A stretch of 64,000 bases of DNA, from NCBI GenBank assembly GCA_963693365.1, contig CAVNZM010000002.1, forward strand, positions 7,904,454-7,968,453, read 5' to 3'. Origin of the DNA: Amoebidium appalachense. Taxonomy: Eukaryota > Protista > Ichthyosporea. The position numbers and the translations under genes are program-made. The notes under the pieces were generated by a model, which ran no database searches, was not told the DNA's origin, and saw nothing but the letters and a program-made list of their open reading frames with translations. This document shows positions 1 to 13,342 of this stretch, piece by piece. Position 1 is the first letter of the stretch. Every line of letters starts with the position of its first letter.

Positions 1-45
1 GGGGGGGGGGGTTGGGGGGTGGGGGGAGGAGGGGGAGGGGTGATC

Positions 46-225
46 AGCTATGATCGGATCTACGGTCCCCAAGGGTAAATTTACACTGTAACCACAAATT
101 TAAGTCTCCGTTCATTTGCTCTACCAGGTTGTTAAGTCCAAGTGTGCCCATTCAGCACATAATACTCCGGGTAGACCGGCTTTGCCCCCCCACCCCACCC
201 ATCCCCCCCCCCCTTCCGGCCTCCT

Positions 226-263
<38 letters not shown>

Positions 264-505
264 CCCCGCTCCTGCCCTTCCGCCTCCACCCTTCTTCTTA
301 TTTGGTGTTTCGGTTCCTACAAATGATTCAACACTTTTTACTTGTTGTTTCTGTGATTGTGTATCGTACCGTAGGCTGCGCACACCTGCAAGTGTTTGTC
401 AGTTTAGTGTCTGCGTGTACCCACGTGTATGTGTATGTGCATATGTGTGCATGTATAATTCTCTGTTTTTGTATTGTGTTAAAGGCAATGTCGTTGTTCT
501 TTTTT

Positions 506-536
<31 letters not shown>

Positions 537-1006
537 GGGGGGGAGGGGGGGGGAGGGGGGGGGGGGGGGGGAGGGGGGGGGGGGGAGGGGGGGGGGGGTC
601 TTTGGGTGGAAGGGGGGAGTACCGAACCTTTTCACTACATTATGAATTGCCAACGGTATTTTGAGAGATTAAGCAAAGGCATTTCAGGGAAAATGATAAA
701 CCTTCTTGTGCATAAGGTGAATACCAGGAGATGGTGGGAAACATAAAGATGGAAGATCACGACGTGGGGAAGTAAGGCATGTTTTGGGTGGTGAAGAAGA
801 GGGGGTGAAGGGGGGGGGGGGGGGGAGGGGGGAGGGGGGGGGGGGAGGGAGGAGAAAAAAGAAGGAGCAGGGTGTAAAGGGCGGGCGGGGGAGGAAGAGG
901 GAGGAGTGAGGGAAGAGAGAGGGAAGGGAGGGAGGGAAGAGGGTATCTGTGTGTATGTGTGTGTGTGTTTTTTTTCTTCTTTTTTTTTCTTTTTTTCTTT
1001 TCTTTT

Positions 1007-1065
<59 letters not shown>

Positions 1066-3173
1066 TTCCATCTGGCAGCATTACAGCCACTGGACACGTA
1101 AATTTTCTCTAAATTTTTCACTGAAGACAGAAAATGTTGGATTTAATTTGAAATCTCAGGCCAAAATTCAGTTACTGCCTCCCCATGGCTTCCCAACGGA
1201 ATAATCGGCTTAAAAGTTAGTTTCTGTGTTTTGATTGGTTCTGTCTACCAGTCTCTAGACCTTCAAAAAAACAAAAAAAAAGACATGTTCAGAAGGGGAA
1301 AACCTACGTGTCCAGACTGTTTCTACAAAATTACAAAAAGCTGGCATACAACCGTTAAATCTGGATAACCAGAAAATACGAAATAACAAGAAGAAAATAA
1401 CAAGAAAAGATGGGATATTAACCAGAAAACATGGGAGCACATAGCAACTATAGCCGTTATTTGCATATCTACTCTCTACAAAACAAACCCGCGATTGTAA
1501 GTCGTACATAATGCTGGTTAATATAATTTTAACCCCCGCAGGGTTTTTAGAGTTTAAAGTTATAATAAAGCTCATTTTAGGCCATTTATTGGCTAGGAGC
1601 CCTCGCCTATCATATGCGTCATGATCAGAATGTGCAAACCAAAAAGTACAATGAAGTGCTTAGCAACAAAGGAAAATAGCCATTCACATGCAATACCAGA
1701 AACGGCAAAACCAACAAATTTTAACAAAACTAGATTAAATATCAAGTTTTTAATAAAGACACCCTAGCGGGAAGGGGGCTGGGGGGGAGGGGGGTGTTCA
1801 GCGGATTTTTCGCACCGGGTAGTTTTTTCCACCGGTTGATTTTCGGTAGTGTTTCAAGGATCGTTTTTATGTGGGGTTTCCTTGTTTTTGCACTCCTCTT
1901 TTTACTATAGGATGTGGACATTAATTGGTGTATTGCCGGAGTAACTTATTCTGATATATAGGGCTTCTAGTTCATGTACAGTGTTTAGCAGGTTTTTCGC
2001 ACGCAACGAAACCCAAATCACAGTCCCCATAAACCCTCCGTGGAGCAATAACCGAAGGGGGAGGGAAAAGGGGGGGGGGGGGGGGGGGGGGGGGGGGGAA
2101 GGGGATCCTTTATGCGGTACATGTTGGTGAGTGAAGGCCGGAAGGGGACTCATCAATGGTCTAAATAAATTAGAGGAGAACTTGTGGAGAACCTATCATT
2201 GTATATGTAGGCCCAAAGTTTTCAGAATCCAGAAATTCATGTAGCTAAAAACAACGTAGTTGTATATTGAGGGTCTGGGGGGACTGCCTGGTGCAAAATT
2301 ACCCCCTGTAGCGGAGGAAGGTGGGAAGGGGGGGGGGAGGGGGGGGGGGGGGGGGGACACAGGACAAACGCAAAGCTATGATTGGATTTAAGAACCCCCG
2401 TGTAAATTTTCGATGTAACCACAAAGACCTCCGTCAATTTACTGTACGAAGTTCTGAGTCCACGTTCACTCATTCGGCCAATAAATCGTGAAAACCCCTC
2501 CCCTCCCCCTCCCCCTCCCCCCCCTCCCCCGCTTTCCTCCTCCCCCCCCCTCCCCGCCGCCCCCAACTGTCCCTGCCCCCCCCCCCCCCCCCCCCCTTTT
2601 CGGCCGTCTGCCTCCATCCCTCCCTTCTTGCCCCCTTCTAAGACATTGTTTTGGTTTCCTTCTGTCAATTTCCTTCTACGTCTTGCCACATGAATGTGTA
2701 TTATACGTGCACCTATGTGTGTTTGTGTGTATGAAGGTGTCACAGTACTTGTGTAGTATCTGCATGTATCCACGTATACCTGCATGTGTGCTTTTCTGTT
2801 TTTGGTATTGTGTTGTAGGGAAGGTGTGTGGGGGTGGGGGGGGTGGGGGGGGGGGGGGGAGAGGGGTTAGGGTGGGAAGAGGAGGGGGGGGGGGGGGGGG
2901 GGGGGGGTTGGACTAAAAGGTTTACGAAAGGCTTTACTGATTGGGATTGACATAACAAGCAAAGGGCAGAAAGGCAAAACAAGAAAACACCAGTACATAG
3001 AGAGACACGGATTGTGAGGGGAAGTGAAGAATACTTACTGCACATGAGGTGAACACGGGGGTGAGGGGAGGAGGAGGGGGGGGGGGGGGGGGGGGGGGGG
3101 AGGGGGGGAGTGATGGACGACTGGGTGGGGAAACGGGAAAGTTTCTGGGGTTGGGAGGGTGGAAGAAGAGAAA

Positions 3174-3206
<33 letters not shown>

Positions 3207-4062
3207 AGGAAGCGGATGGGCAGGGAAGAGATAGTGATGGTGGTGGTGGTGTGTGTGTGTAGGGGGGGGAGGGGGGGGGGGGGGGGGGGGGGGGTTCCAT
3301 ACTGGCATGATCATCGTCACTTCAAACAAAACTGTTCTTTCGGTTTTTTACTGAAGACATAATTTTGGACTTGGTTCGAAATATCAGTTTCAAACTCAGT
3401 TACTGTGCGGCTATGCCTTGCCTACATATTAAGTGACTTAAAGCCTGGTTTCTGTGTCTTGATTGGTTCTGTCTACCAATATCTGGTCCTTCAATCGAAA
3501 TTTCTCTACTCTACGGGTCTCAAGACCCGATATCATGGTCGGAAAAAAATGACTTGAAAGCCAAGAAAAAGAACAAATAAAATAGGGATGTGTTCAGAAG
3601 GGGAAAACCTACGTGTTCAGAGTGTTGCTGCAACACTACAAAAAGCTGGCGTAAAACCATTAAAGTTGGATAACCAGAAAATACGGGATATTCAAGAAAA
3701 TACGGATTAACAAGAAAAAAAGGGATAATGAAAACACGGGAGCACATAGTAACTACTAGTAACTGTCATTTGCATATCTACTATCTACGAAACAACCCTG
3801 CGATTTAAAGTCATACATAATGCTGGTTAATATGTTTTAACCCCACAGGGTTTAGCGTTTGAAGTTACAATAAGGTTTAGTTTGGGCTATTCATTGGCTA
3901 GGAGCCCTCGCCTATCATATGTGTCATGATCAGAATGTGCAAATCAAAAAGTACAATCAAGTGCTTAGCAACAAAAGGACAAAAGTCATTCACATGGAAA
4001 ACCAAAAGCGGCAAGCACACACAAAAAAAAACTAGAATAGCTATCAGACTTTCCATAAAGAC
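46..4062. repeat. Diverged ~2.3 kb tandem duplication (copy 1 ~46-1760, copy 2 ~2374-4062)
   Basis: Collinear shared blocks at an offset of ~2.3 kb: agctatgat at 46/2374; tttctgtgt.ttgattggttctgtctacca at ~1220/~3449; taggagccctcgcctatcatatg.gtcatgatcagaatgtgcaaa at 1594/3899. Indels break any shared reading frame. Confidence 0.85.
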
Positions 4063-4139
4063 CCCCCCCCCCCCCCTCTTCAAAGACCCCCCTTCCCTTG
4101 GCTCCCCCAAACCATCCCAAATCGGAATTTCGCTCTCGC

Positions 4140-5471
4140 TCATTCCGACTTAACTTCCCTTTTTCCCGCGGGCATGATCTTGACAACCGGCATGCCCATC
4201 TGCTCGCGGTAATACTGACGGGGTTGTGCGATACCGTGGTTGTTTTTCATGTGAACAAACAGCGCCGAATTTGCCGTGTAGCTCTTGCAGCACCCGTCCA
4301 TGATACAGGACCAATGGCGCTGGTCGTCGTAATGCGACGCTGCCCTGCGAACCCCCGGGCTCTTGTTCTTTCCCCTCTTTCCCTTCTTCCTGCGCAGCGA
4401 CGTATCCTCTTCGCTATCGCCATTCTCCGCATACTTCACACGTTTTGTAGCGCGTGTTTTGGTGCTCCGAATCAATGCATCTTCGGATCCCTCCTCCTCC
4501 TTCACCTTCTTGTTTTTCGTTTTCGTGTCTTTCTCCTTTCCCTTTTCCCCCTTTGCGCTCGCTTTCTTCGCTTTGGTGTTTGCAGTTTTCTCCATTGTTG
4601 CTGGCATGGGTGCCTTTAACTTGATAATTAAAGGAGAGGTGTCCTTTCGTGCCCTCTTAACCACCGTTTCCTCTTCCTCCTCCGACTCACTGTGTGCACG
4701 TTTGCACACAACAGGGGCGGTAAGATCAACCCCGCTATCACCCCTTTCCAGGGTCTCCGTCACTCCTTCCATCTCCTTCTCCCCTTTCTCCTCCCCCGAA
4801 AAACACCTGGCAACCGCGCTGCGCAAGTCAAACAGCGCCCCTTCTTCACCCTCACTAAGTGGTTTTGTGAGTTCCTCCGAAGCATAGAGGTCTCTGGTGG
4901 GTGCGGTAGAAAATATCCCGCTTTCTTTTCTGTCCGAGCAAGGGGGCGTGTCGTTGCGTGCATGAACACTGTCCGAGTAGACGGATGGGGTTCTCGGTGA
5001 GCTTTTCTGGCTCGTTTCTCCGCCCGTCTTGCCGTTGTTTTCGTTCCCGTTTGGGGTTTCGTTTTGCGGTGTTTCCTGCACGGTGACTTCTCTTGGGTCG
5101 ACGAATTCAACTTGGGGAGATGCAGGGTATTCTTGGCTGAGAAGGCAATGATACAATGCGTCCGCCTGCTCGAGAATGTTCATTTCCTCTGCCGTCAAAT
5201 TGTCAAACCCATCAAACAAGTCTTGGATGTTTTGCTTGTAGCGAGCCTCATCCGCTTCGACGTGCGCTTGCGCTTGTGTGCACTCCCAGCCCAGGAACAT
5301 AGACTCGTTGTGCTGTGTTGTTGTGTTTTTAAAGAGCTGGCTGCGTGCGATGTCCTGGAAGGGGGTGTTGTGGGGCATGGAACCGTAGCCCACAGGGGCA
5401 CTCGCGTTCACGTTGTTTATCATCGGTGTGGAGAAAGTGTGCATGTTCAGCGTATGCAGCTGTGTGTGCAT
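4140..5471 (-). CDS. Intronless protein with acidic and Lys-rich low-complexity regions and one C-terminal C2H2 zinc finger
   Basis: Long non-repetitive ORF; first ATG at 5471, frame open to at least 5621. C-terminal motif WSCIMDGCCKSYTANSALFVHMKNNH fits C-x4-C-x3-Y-x5-L-x2-H-x4-H. Basic NLS-like stretches such as RRKKGKRGK. Confidence 0.85.
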   Translation of the reverse strand: MHTQLHTLNMHTFSTPMINNVNASAPVGYGSMPHNTPFQDIARSQLFKNTTTQHNESMFLGWECTQAQAHVEADEARYKQNIQDLFDGFDNLTAEEMNILEQADALYHCLLSQEYPASPQVEFVDPREVTVQETPQNETPNGNENNGKTGGETSQKSSPRTPSVYSDSVHARNDTPPCSDRKESGIFSTAPTRDLYASEELTKPLSEGEEGALFDLRSAVARCFSGEEKGEKEMEGVTETLERGDSGVDLTAPVVCKRAHSESEEEEETVVKRARKDTSPLIIKLKAPMPATMEKTANTKAKKASAKGEKGKEKDTKTKNKKVKEEEGSEDALIRSTKTRATKRVKYAENGDSEEDTSLRRKKGKRGKNKSPGVRRAASHYDDQRHWSCIMDGCCKSYTANSALFVHMKNNHGIAQPRQYYREQMGMPVVKIMPAGKREVKSE

Positions 5472-6908
5472 GTGGGGTGTGGGGTGCACGAAAGGACCTC
5501 TGGGTGTATTAGGCAAAGTAACGGGGTGCCATGATGCCGGAGACTCTCGTGTTGAAGGTTGTGTTCCCGTTAGTGGGTGGTAAAGTGTGTGTGTTGTAGC
5601 GAAGTTAGAGAGTTGGTACAAGCAGGACCCGTTGTAGGTACCGCGTCTGCTAGTGTTCGAAGAAAGGGAAGTAAGTTCGAGAAGTAAAGAAACTGCGTCA
5701 AAACGTGTCTGCTACGAATAAAGGATTATTACGCGTTATAGAGAGAAAAGAACGTTGAATGTCGCTTTCTGAGGCTTCTGCTTGCATGCATGTGCGTGAA
5801 GTGGAAGGGACTTTCAAGAACATTTTCGCCATGCACACGTGGAAGCCTGGACGACCGGCGGTTGTGTGGCTCGCGGCTATCACCTGACAGCCAATAAAAT
5901 GCACGAATATCCACGACGAGATCTATTTCTCAGGAATGCGGAATCTAACCCAAGCATGTTAGCTAATCAAGTAAATACTTTAAACTTGTTGTATTTTATT
6001 TGGTTGTATGTCTCGCACAGCTAGCGCCGGCTGTATGGACCATGCAGAAGATAACAGCCTTCATTTCAAAAGCACACGATAGGCAAGTCGGCAAAAAAAA
6101 ATTCAAAATGTGTTTTTATGAATGTTTTTGAGTAATTATGAATGTTTTTCTTGATTAATTCAGTGAGTTTTATAATGGTTTTCAAGGAAGGTTGTGCAGG
6201 GGTGAACACAGCGGCTAGCGATTGGTTATCACTGAAGCCAATCAGCAGCGAGGTGAGAAATGGGCGCGAGAGGAGTGCAAAACATTTGTTGCAGCAGGCG
6301 GAGTGTTCGTTGCTAACGTTGACGTCACGTCATCATGCGGCATGTAAACCACACAGCCTATTCCCCTCGTCCCCCTCCTAATTCTTCCCCCCATCTCCCT
6401 CCCCAAGACTTATGATAACTAAATATAAAGAAAAAGAAAAGAAAAAGTTTGTGTAATGTATTTATGATGGTTTTTCGTGACTCGTTCACTTTCGCCAGGT
6501 CCACTAGTAGTCGGTCCACTCAGGCCTCCCTCGCCTCCCTCACCCTCCTCATGATCAAGCCGGATCCGGGCCCTCCCTCCCTCTCTTTCCCGAACCTTCC
6601 CCTACCGTACCGACCCGGCCCGGCCCGGCCCATATACCTTTCCCTTCTCCTGCTCTGAGCTGCGCTTGCTCATTGAGGGAAGGGGCCAAGGAGCTGGAGA
6701 CTCTCCGGGAGGGAAGAGCGAGGGGAGAGGACCGGGGGGGGGGGGGGGGGGGGAGGGATTACTTCTCAACCTGTTGGGAAGGTGAATTTGAACTCGAAAG
6801 GGGAACATGCATTCAGTGAGCGGAAAGGAAATAAAGGAGAAGACTAAGTTAGAGGCAAGAACGATCAGGGCTCTGTTTTTTTTCTTTTTTTTTTTTTTTT
6901 TTTTTTGT

Positions 6909-6953
<45 letters not shown>

Positions 6954-7266
6954 TATCATGGGGGGGGGGGGGGGGGGGGGGATCGGTAGCCTTCGGGGTT
7001 TGTTATGCTGTCGCTGACATTGTGTGTTCCGGTGTGGAAATATCTGGGCAGGGAAGGAAAGGGTGGGAGGGGGGGGGAGGGGGGAGGGGGGGATGGCCGG
7101 GGGGGTTCAGTTTGAATGAAATTTTGCTAATGTGATAAGAGTCTGGCTTTAAGGGTTTACGTGGCCTATATTTTGGGAAACGGTGGGAGCACTGCCCCTC
7201 GTGTACATGTTCAACTTACTGCGTTTTTCAGCCCAGCCACACACTAGGGATTTTTGAATTTGATAT

Positions 7267-7312
<46 letters not shown>

Positions 7313-7798
7313 AGTTAATATCGACGAGACGCCCCCGAGCTATGCATACATAGGGCCCTTTGAGAGAGTCTGACTCGGTATTGAATATTTTTTACTTAGA
7401 GAGAGAGGTGGGCAAAAGAAAACCCACTGGCAGTCTTCCGTTCAATAAAGCTTTCGAATGACTGCAAATCGTTACTCAACGGTAATTTTCAAATAACCAA
7501 ACATGTAACCGTCTTTGTCCCCCCCCCCCTCTCATCTCCCTTCTCCCCCCGTCCTTTCCCTTCCCCCCCCCCCCCCCCCCCCCCCTTCCCCCCCCCCTCC
7601 CCTCTCTGTGTGCTGCAAAAAAGGGCTCAGATCGAAATTGTTTGATCGTTCGTGCCTCACTATTGCTTGCTTTACTAATCATTAGTATACTATCGTCAGT
7701 CACATGTCATACCTTTTGATGTTCGTTTCAAGATCATTGCGGCAGAACACCCACACACGCCCACACATAATACACACACACACACACACCATGCCCCC

Positions 7799-7845
<47 letters not shown>

Positions 7846-7953
7846 ATTCAGACCCCCACACCCCCACACGCGCCCACACACACGCACACATACACACCCA
7901 CGTACACCCACACACCCACACACCCCCCCACACACACACGTCACACACACGCG

Positions 7954-7989
<36 letters not shown>

Positions 7990-8103
7990 CATGCACGGAT
8001 GCACACACGCACATACACATGCACCGTACACACATATATATGCACGCACGCACGCACGAGTGAGGCACATGCGCGCCTACACACATGCACATGCACCGTG
8101 GCA

Positions 8104-8146
<43 letters not shown>

Positions 8147-8426
8147 GCACGCACACCTGCTAAGTTACCTGTCGGTGGCCCCTTTGGGTATTTTTTGACC
8201 GTCGTTGAACTGAGTTGGAATTTGTGCACGAACAGAGCTTTGGTGCATTTCCATACAAAGTGGGGATACCGGCATCGGTTTAAAAACTTTATATTAGCTC
8301 TTATTGAATTTCTCAACTGCCAAGACTTTTTGTTCGAAGAGCTTCCGCTGTCGATCTAATTAGTTAGATTAATTAGCTGTCACGACTCTGCGGCCTGCAG
8401 GCTGGAGTCCCGTAATGACACCACCC

Positions 8427-8528
8427 AAATCGGCAGATCGCTGACCTAATCGATTGATCAGATCGGAGATAAGGGACATGCAATATCCGTTCCACATATA
8501 TCTCGTAAGCTATCTCGTAGATATCTTG
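8427..8528. repeat. ~100 bp dispersed repeat, second copy at ~11934-12020
   Basis: Both copies share gcagatcgc...ctaatcg...gatc.gatcggagataag.ga...tatctcgta.atatc. Confidence 0.6.
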
Positions 8529-8557
8529 TTTTATTGATCTTGGTGTCAACATTAGTT

Positions 8558-8641
<84 letters not shown>

Positions 8642-8896
8642 ACTCTAAGCGACACTGTGCATGTGTATGCATGCGTGTGTGCCCCAGGGGGGGGGGGGGG
8701 GGGGGGGGGAGCCACCCTCCTCCTTCCCCTTCCCCTTCCCCAACGGAGGTTTTCCACCCACGAAGTCAACCATTAGTAGAATGTCAAAGCCTCACCATGA
8801 AAATGAGCCTCGGTGTACTTCCTAATCGTGTCGATCGATCATGCAAAGCAATAGCAACTAAAGCTTGAAAAAGGGCAAAAAAAAAAAAAAAAAAGG

Positions 8897-8949
<53 letters not shown>

Positions 8950-9109
8950 AGGGGGGGGGGGGGGGGGGGGGGAGGGGGGGGAGGGTAAACTAAAAGTCTG
9001 AGATTTTAAAAAGGTAAAAAAGACCGAGTGGGTGGCAGGTGGGCAGGTGGGGGAGGGGGATTGGGTGGGGGCTGGGGGTGTTTTAAGGGGCGGCGGTGGG
9101 TGGGTGGGT

Positions 9110-9148
<39 letters not shown>

Positions 9149-9447
9149 ACCAGATTCCGGTGGGAATAAAAGCATCATAGTGCATCATGATGCGCATGGC
9201 CGAACCGATTGCAATGGTGTGTGTGTGCTAATGACTCTGCCGTGGGGTGTCTTTTTGAGCAAGCAAGCTACTTGTCCGTGTGGGGCGTGTTACAAGTGCG
9301 CATCTGCACGTTTCAAATTGTCTGTGTAAAAGTGGTTGTGCGTGTTGTGCGTGTGTGCGTGCCGGCACGCAATGATTATCCAGATTTGTATCCTATGTGT
9401 TGCGTGTTGTTCTCAATTATGTGTGGCTTATGGGGTGTCTTTCTCTT

Positions 9448-9479
<32 letters not shown>

Positions 9480-9517
9480 TGTGTGCGTGTGTGTGCGTGT
9501 GTGGTATGTGTGTGTGT

Positions 9518-9553
<36 letters not shown>

Positions 9554-10293
9554 TGGAGTGGGTGGGTGGGTGGGTGGGGGTGGGGGGAGGGGGGGGGGGG
9601 GGGGGGGGGGGGGGAGAGGAGGAGAAAATGCACACGATGATGGATACTGCTGTACTTCAGCCCTAAATGTAACAAATTAATCATAGACCAGATTAGTACA
9701 TTGGAATACACATGACGGTTCCCTAAGGTAATATATTTTTAGCCAATGCGTAGTTGAGTTTCTTAACTACTACATCAGCTAAGTGCTAATTGGTAAATGT
9801 CAGACTGCTAATATTAATTTTATTTTTTTTAAAAAAAAAAAGAAAAAACAACATTTGCTCGGCAGTGTACACAGTATAAGGAGACATGTTTCTCCCCAAA
9901 CATACTATATAAAGCCCTCACAGATGAAAATACGTCCAGCGATATTGCTACTATATTAGATCAAAAAAACGGCGCAGGCCCCCGGATATGCTCTCAAGTG
10001 CTGATCGTACATACACCGGGCGGGCTTACCATTTACAGCCCACCGCGCCTAAAAAATAATCCAAAATACGTTCAGAGAGATATGTCAGCAGACGATATGC
10101 AAAACTCGATATATACCCTGACTCAATCCTGCATTTTATACCTTGGCACAACCAACTATCATGATACCTCGTTCCTTGAACTTCCTCCTCCAATCCCCCC
10201 CCCCCCCCCCCCCCCTCCCCTGGGGGCCCACAGAACGATTCGTTTCCCTGCTGCATCCGCTCGCTTCCACATCTACCATTTCTAATAAACGTG

Positions 10294-11518
10294 TCATGCC
10301 GCCCAATCATCATAGTCCCCCTCCTCGTACATCCCCTCTTCCTCGCTCTCTACTTCCTCATCTCCCTCAACCCACCCTCCCGCATTTATATGCGCATTTC
10401 TCAAAGCCTCCCATTCTTCCCTTATCTTAATATATCTCACGAGGTCCACAAGCCTACCAAAAGGATGCACCACACTCAATGCCCATCCACAATATCCCTC
10501 CTCGCATTTGTACACCCACGAAAACGTTTCGCCTCCGTGTTTCCCGAGCCCCAACAACTTCTTGTTCCACAACTTGAGTTTCTTCTCCAGCATGTCTTCC
10601 TTATAACTCTTCCTCGGGTTTTTAACTGGCTTAGGGGGTATGGGTGCCGTGGTTTCTTTAAACATACGTTTGATAGTCTTTTTTAACGGTGTCGTCTGAG
10701 CAGTGGAAGGCGACCCTGCTGGTGCTTTTTGCGCAACACGCACCGGTGATGCCGTGTGGGCATTTGAACCTGTAGCCATATATGGGCGTGGCATGATGGG
10801 GACAAAAACACTTGTTCTTGTTGTTGGCCCATGGGGGGGTAATCCTATGTGTGTATGCCCGCTGCCATGTTTGGGCGTGGAAGGGGCACAAACACACCCG
10901 TTAGCATCGGTCCTACTGGCCCTGTGGCATGCAAGGGTTCGGGCTGAAGGATGGTGGACCCGTCTCCCTGTTCAATGCTGTATTTTCCAATTTCACAAGG
11001 GGGAACTCTGTTTTCATCGTTGTAGCCGGCCGAGTACCACCAGTTGAGTTTTGCAATTTTACAAACGGGATTTCGGTTTTTACCGGTGTGGTCGGCTGGT
11101 TGGAATGGGTCAGATTGAAGGATGGTGCAACCGTCTCCGTTTTAAAAGCCGAATTCTCCAACTCTACAGTGGGTATTTCGGCTTTCATCGTTGTAGCAGG
11201 CCAGGTACCAACAGTTGGACTTCCCAATCTTACAGAAGGAAATTCGGGTTTTATTGTTGTGGTCGGTCGGTTGGAATGAGTCGGGGTGGAGGATGAAGGG
11301 GCCATTTCGGGTTTGAGAACTGCATTTCCAAGATTTCCGTCAGGGATTTCCGTTTTTATCTTTACGACCGGTTCAGTATTACTAGTCGGATTTACTATTC
11401 CATTATGTTGAGGATGTTGAGCTGGAGTAGCCCTATGGTTTTGGGTGTCGGGTTTGGGGGGTGACGAGTTCATAGTAACGGAGGTCGATGGCTCCGGATT
11501 TTTTTCCTTTGGATCCAT
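10294..11518 (-). CDS. ~389 aa protein: N-terminal ~57-aa tandem repeats plus C-terminal DUF3820/ExoX-C-like small domain and acidic tail
   Basis: ORFs 10913-11629 (ATG 11518, MDPKEKNPEP) and 10294-10794 join in frame if 10916-10862 (GTAGGA...GCTAAC...GGCAG, 55 nt) is an intron; a 1-nt frameshift is the alternative. The C-terminal motif LGLGKHGGETFSWVYKCEEGYCGWAL...LVDLVRYI resembles the 'FGK(H/Y)KG-TF-V-D-Y-W' module. Confidence 0.65.
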
Positions 11519-12400
11519 ATCCACGAGTGTGATGTGAGAGTTAGTGTGGGTGCATGCGTTGGTGGAGTGTTTGCGTAAAAAAAAAAAGTGACGGTGGCTT
11601 TTAAAGTAGTGGAGGCTTATGTAGGTCACATAGCCTGATGATTACTGACAGAACCAGTCTTTTCACAGTAACAGCAGATCTCCAGGTTTAACTCAGTACA
11701 TGTGTTTGGTTGCACACCTAGTCTGTAGAATACTCTCTAAACGTTAACACAATTTTCGTCCTATTTTTCTCTTTTTTTGCCTTTAAGCTTGTCGTGAATT
11801 GTAGAACCTATGTTGGGCTTCATGTTTTCACCCAATTTCAAGCCTTCTTTCGCACTCCTTCTGCATGTGAGAATGAGACTTCGCCTGCTGGCAGGGACGG
11901 GAAAAAGGTCTTGGCCCGGAATTTTGTGACAGCCAATCGCAGATCGCAAATCTAATCGGGAGATCGGATCGGAGATAAGAGAATGTGTAATTTTCTGTTG
12001 CATTTATCTCGTACATATCCCTTAGTCACTTTTTTTTTTTTTTTTTTGGTTTTTTTTTTTGCACCCCAGTTAGCATCGCTTATTTAATTTAGCATATGCA
12101 TATATAGGAATAAATGTATTATTACTGAGCAGGCATGTGTGTTTTTTTGAGTTGGTTATCAGGGGTAATATATATATATATAAACGCAGTATTCCTCCTC
12201 CCACACCAACTAGATCGACCAACAGGATTAACAGGTTAGAGTAAGTGTAATAATCATACCGATAAGTTTAACCCTTACACACATATCCATACCTAATACC
12301 TATTTCAATTAAAAAGCAACAACCCCTTCATATCGATGTAGACGCTAAATACCATAGCACAGACAGACTCATAAGAACATTGCAACTGCAGACTGCGACT

Positions 12401-12451
<51 letters not shown>

Positions 12452-12589
12452 AGAGGGGGTGGGGAGGGTGATCCGGAAGGGGGGGGAGGGGGTGGGGGGG
12501 GGATTGGGTTTGGATGAAGGTCTGTTCAAGAGCAAAAAGTAACGGGAAGCAGGGCGTGGTTGTGTGTGTGTGTGTGTGTGTATGTTTGT

Positions 12590-12629
<40 letters not shown>

Positions 12630-12703
12630 ATTAGTGTTTAAGGACTGTGTGTTCGTGTGGTGTAATACTATAACTATGTGTGTGTGTGTGTGTGCGCGCG
12701 CGC

Positions 12704-12739
<36 letters not shown>

Positions 12740-13008
12740 ATGCGTGTTCGGGCGTGTGTGCGTCCGTACGTGTGTGTGTGTGTGTGTGGGGGGGGGGGAG
12801 GGGGGGGGGGGGGGGGGGAGGGGGGGGGGGGGGGGGGGGGGGGAGGGGGGGGGGGGGGGGAGGGGGGGGGGGGGGGGGGGTAGGGGGGTCATGCTTTGCC
12901 AGCATTTACGATATTAACTCGATGAAAGTGCGGGTGGATGTCTGTGTGTGTGGGTAGATTTGTGTGTGCGGTTATACGTGTGTGTGTGGTGCATGTGTGT
13001 GTGTCACG

Positions 13009-13041
<33 letters not shown>

Positions 13042-13194
13042 CACGCGCGTGCGCCCGCGCCTCTACAGTGGATGTGCCTGGGTGTGTGTGCGTGCTTGTG
13101 TGCGCGTTTATACGGTCTGCATATGTGCAGTCCGGTTGTAGTAGATCAACCAGTAGTGGTGATGGTTGGGTAGCGGTATCATAGTGGGCGTGCA

Positions 13195-13225
<31 letters not shown>

Positions 13226-13285
13226 TGTGTGTGTGTGTGTTGTGTGTGTGTGTGTGTGTTGTGTGTGTGTGTGTGTGTTTGTGTT

Positions 13286-13342
<57 letters not shown>

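Noticed and set aside
4098-5534. Plus-strand ORFs overlapping the zinc-finger gene (likewise at 14489-15650 and 48337-48798)
   Set aside because: Antisense shadows of real minus-strand genes, with no recognisable motifs.
7620-9340. Unique islands (e.g. 8165-8357 ending ag|gtaact on the minus strand) as exons of another gene
   Set aside because: No consistent frame or recognisable domain could be assembled.
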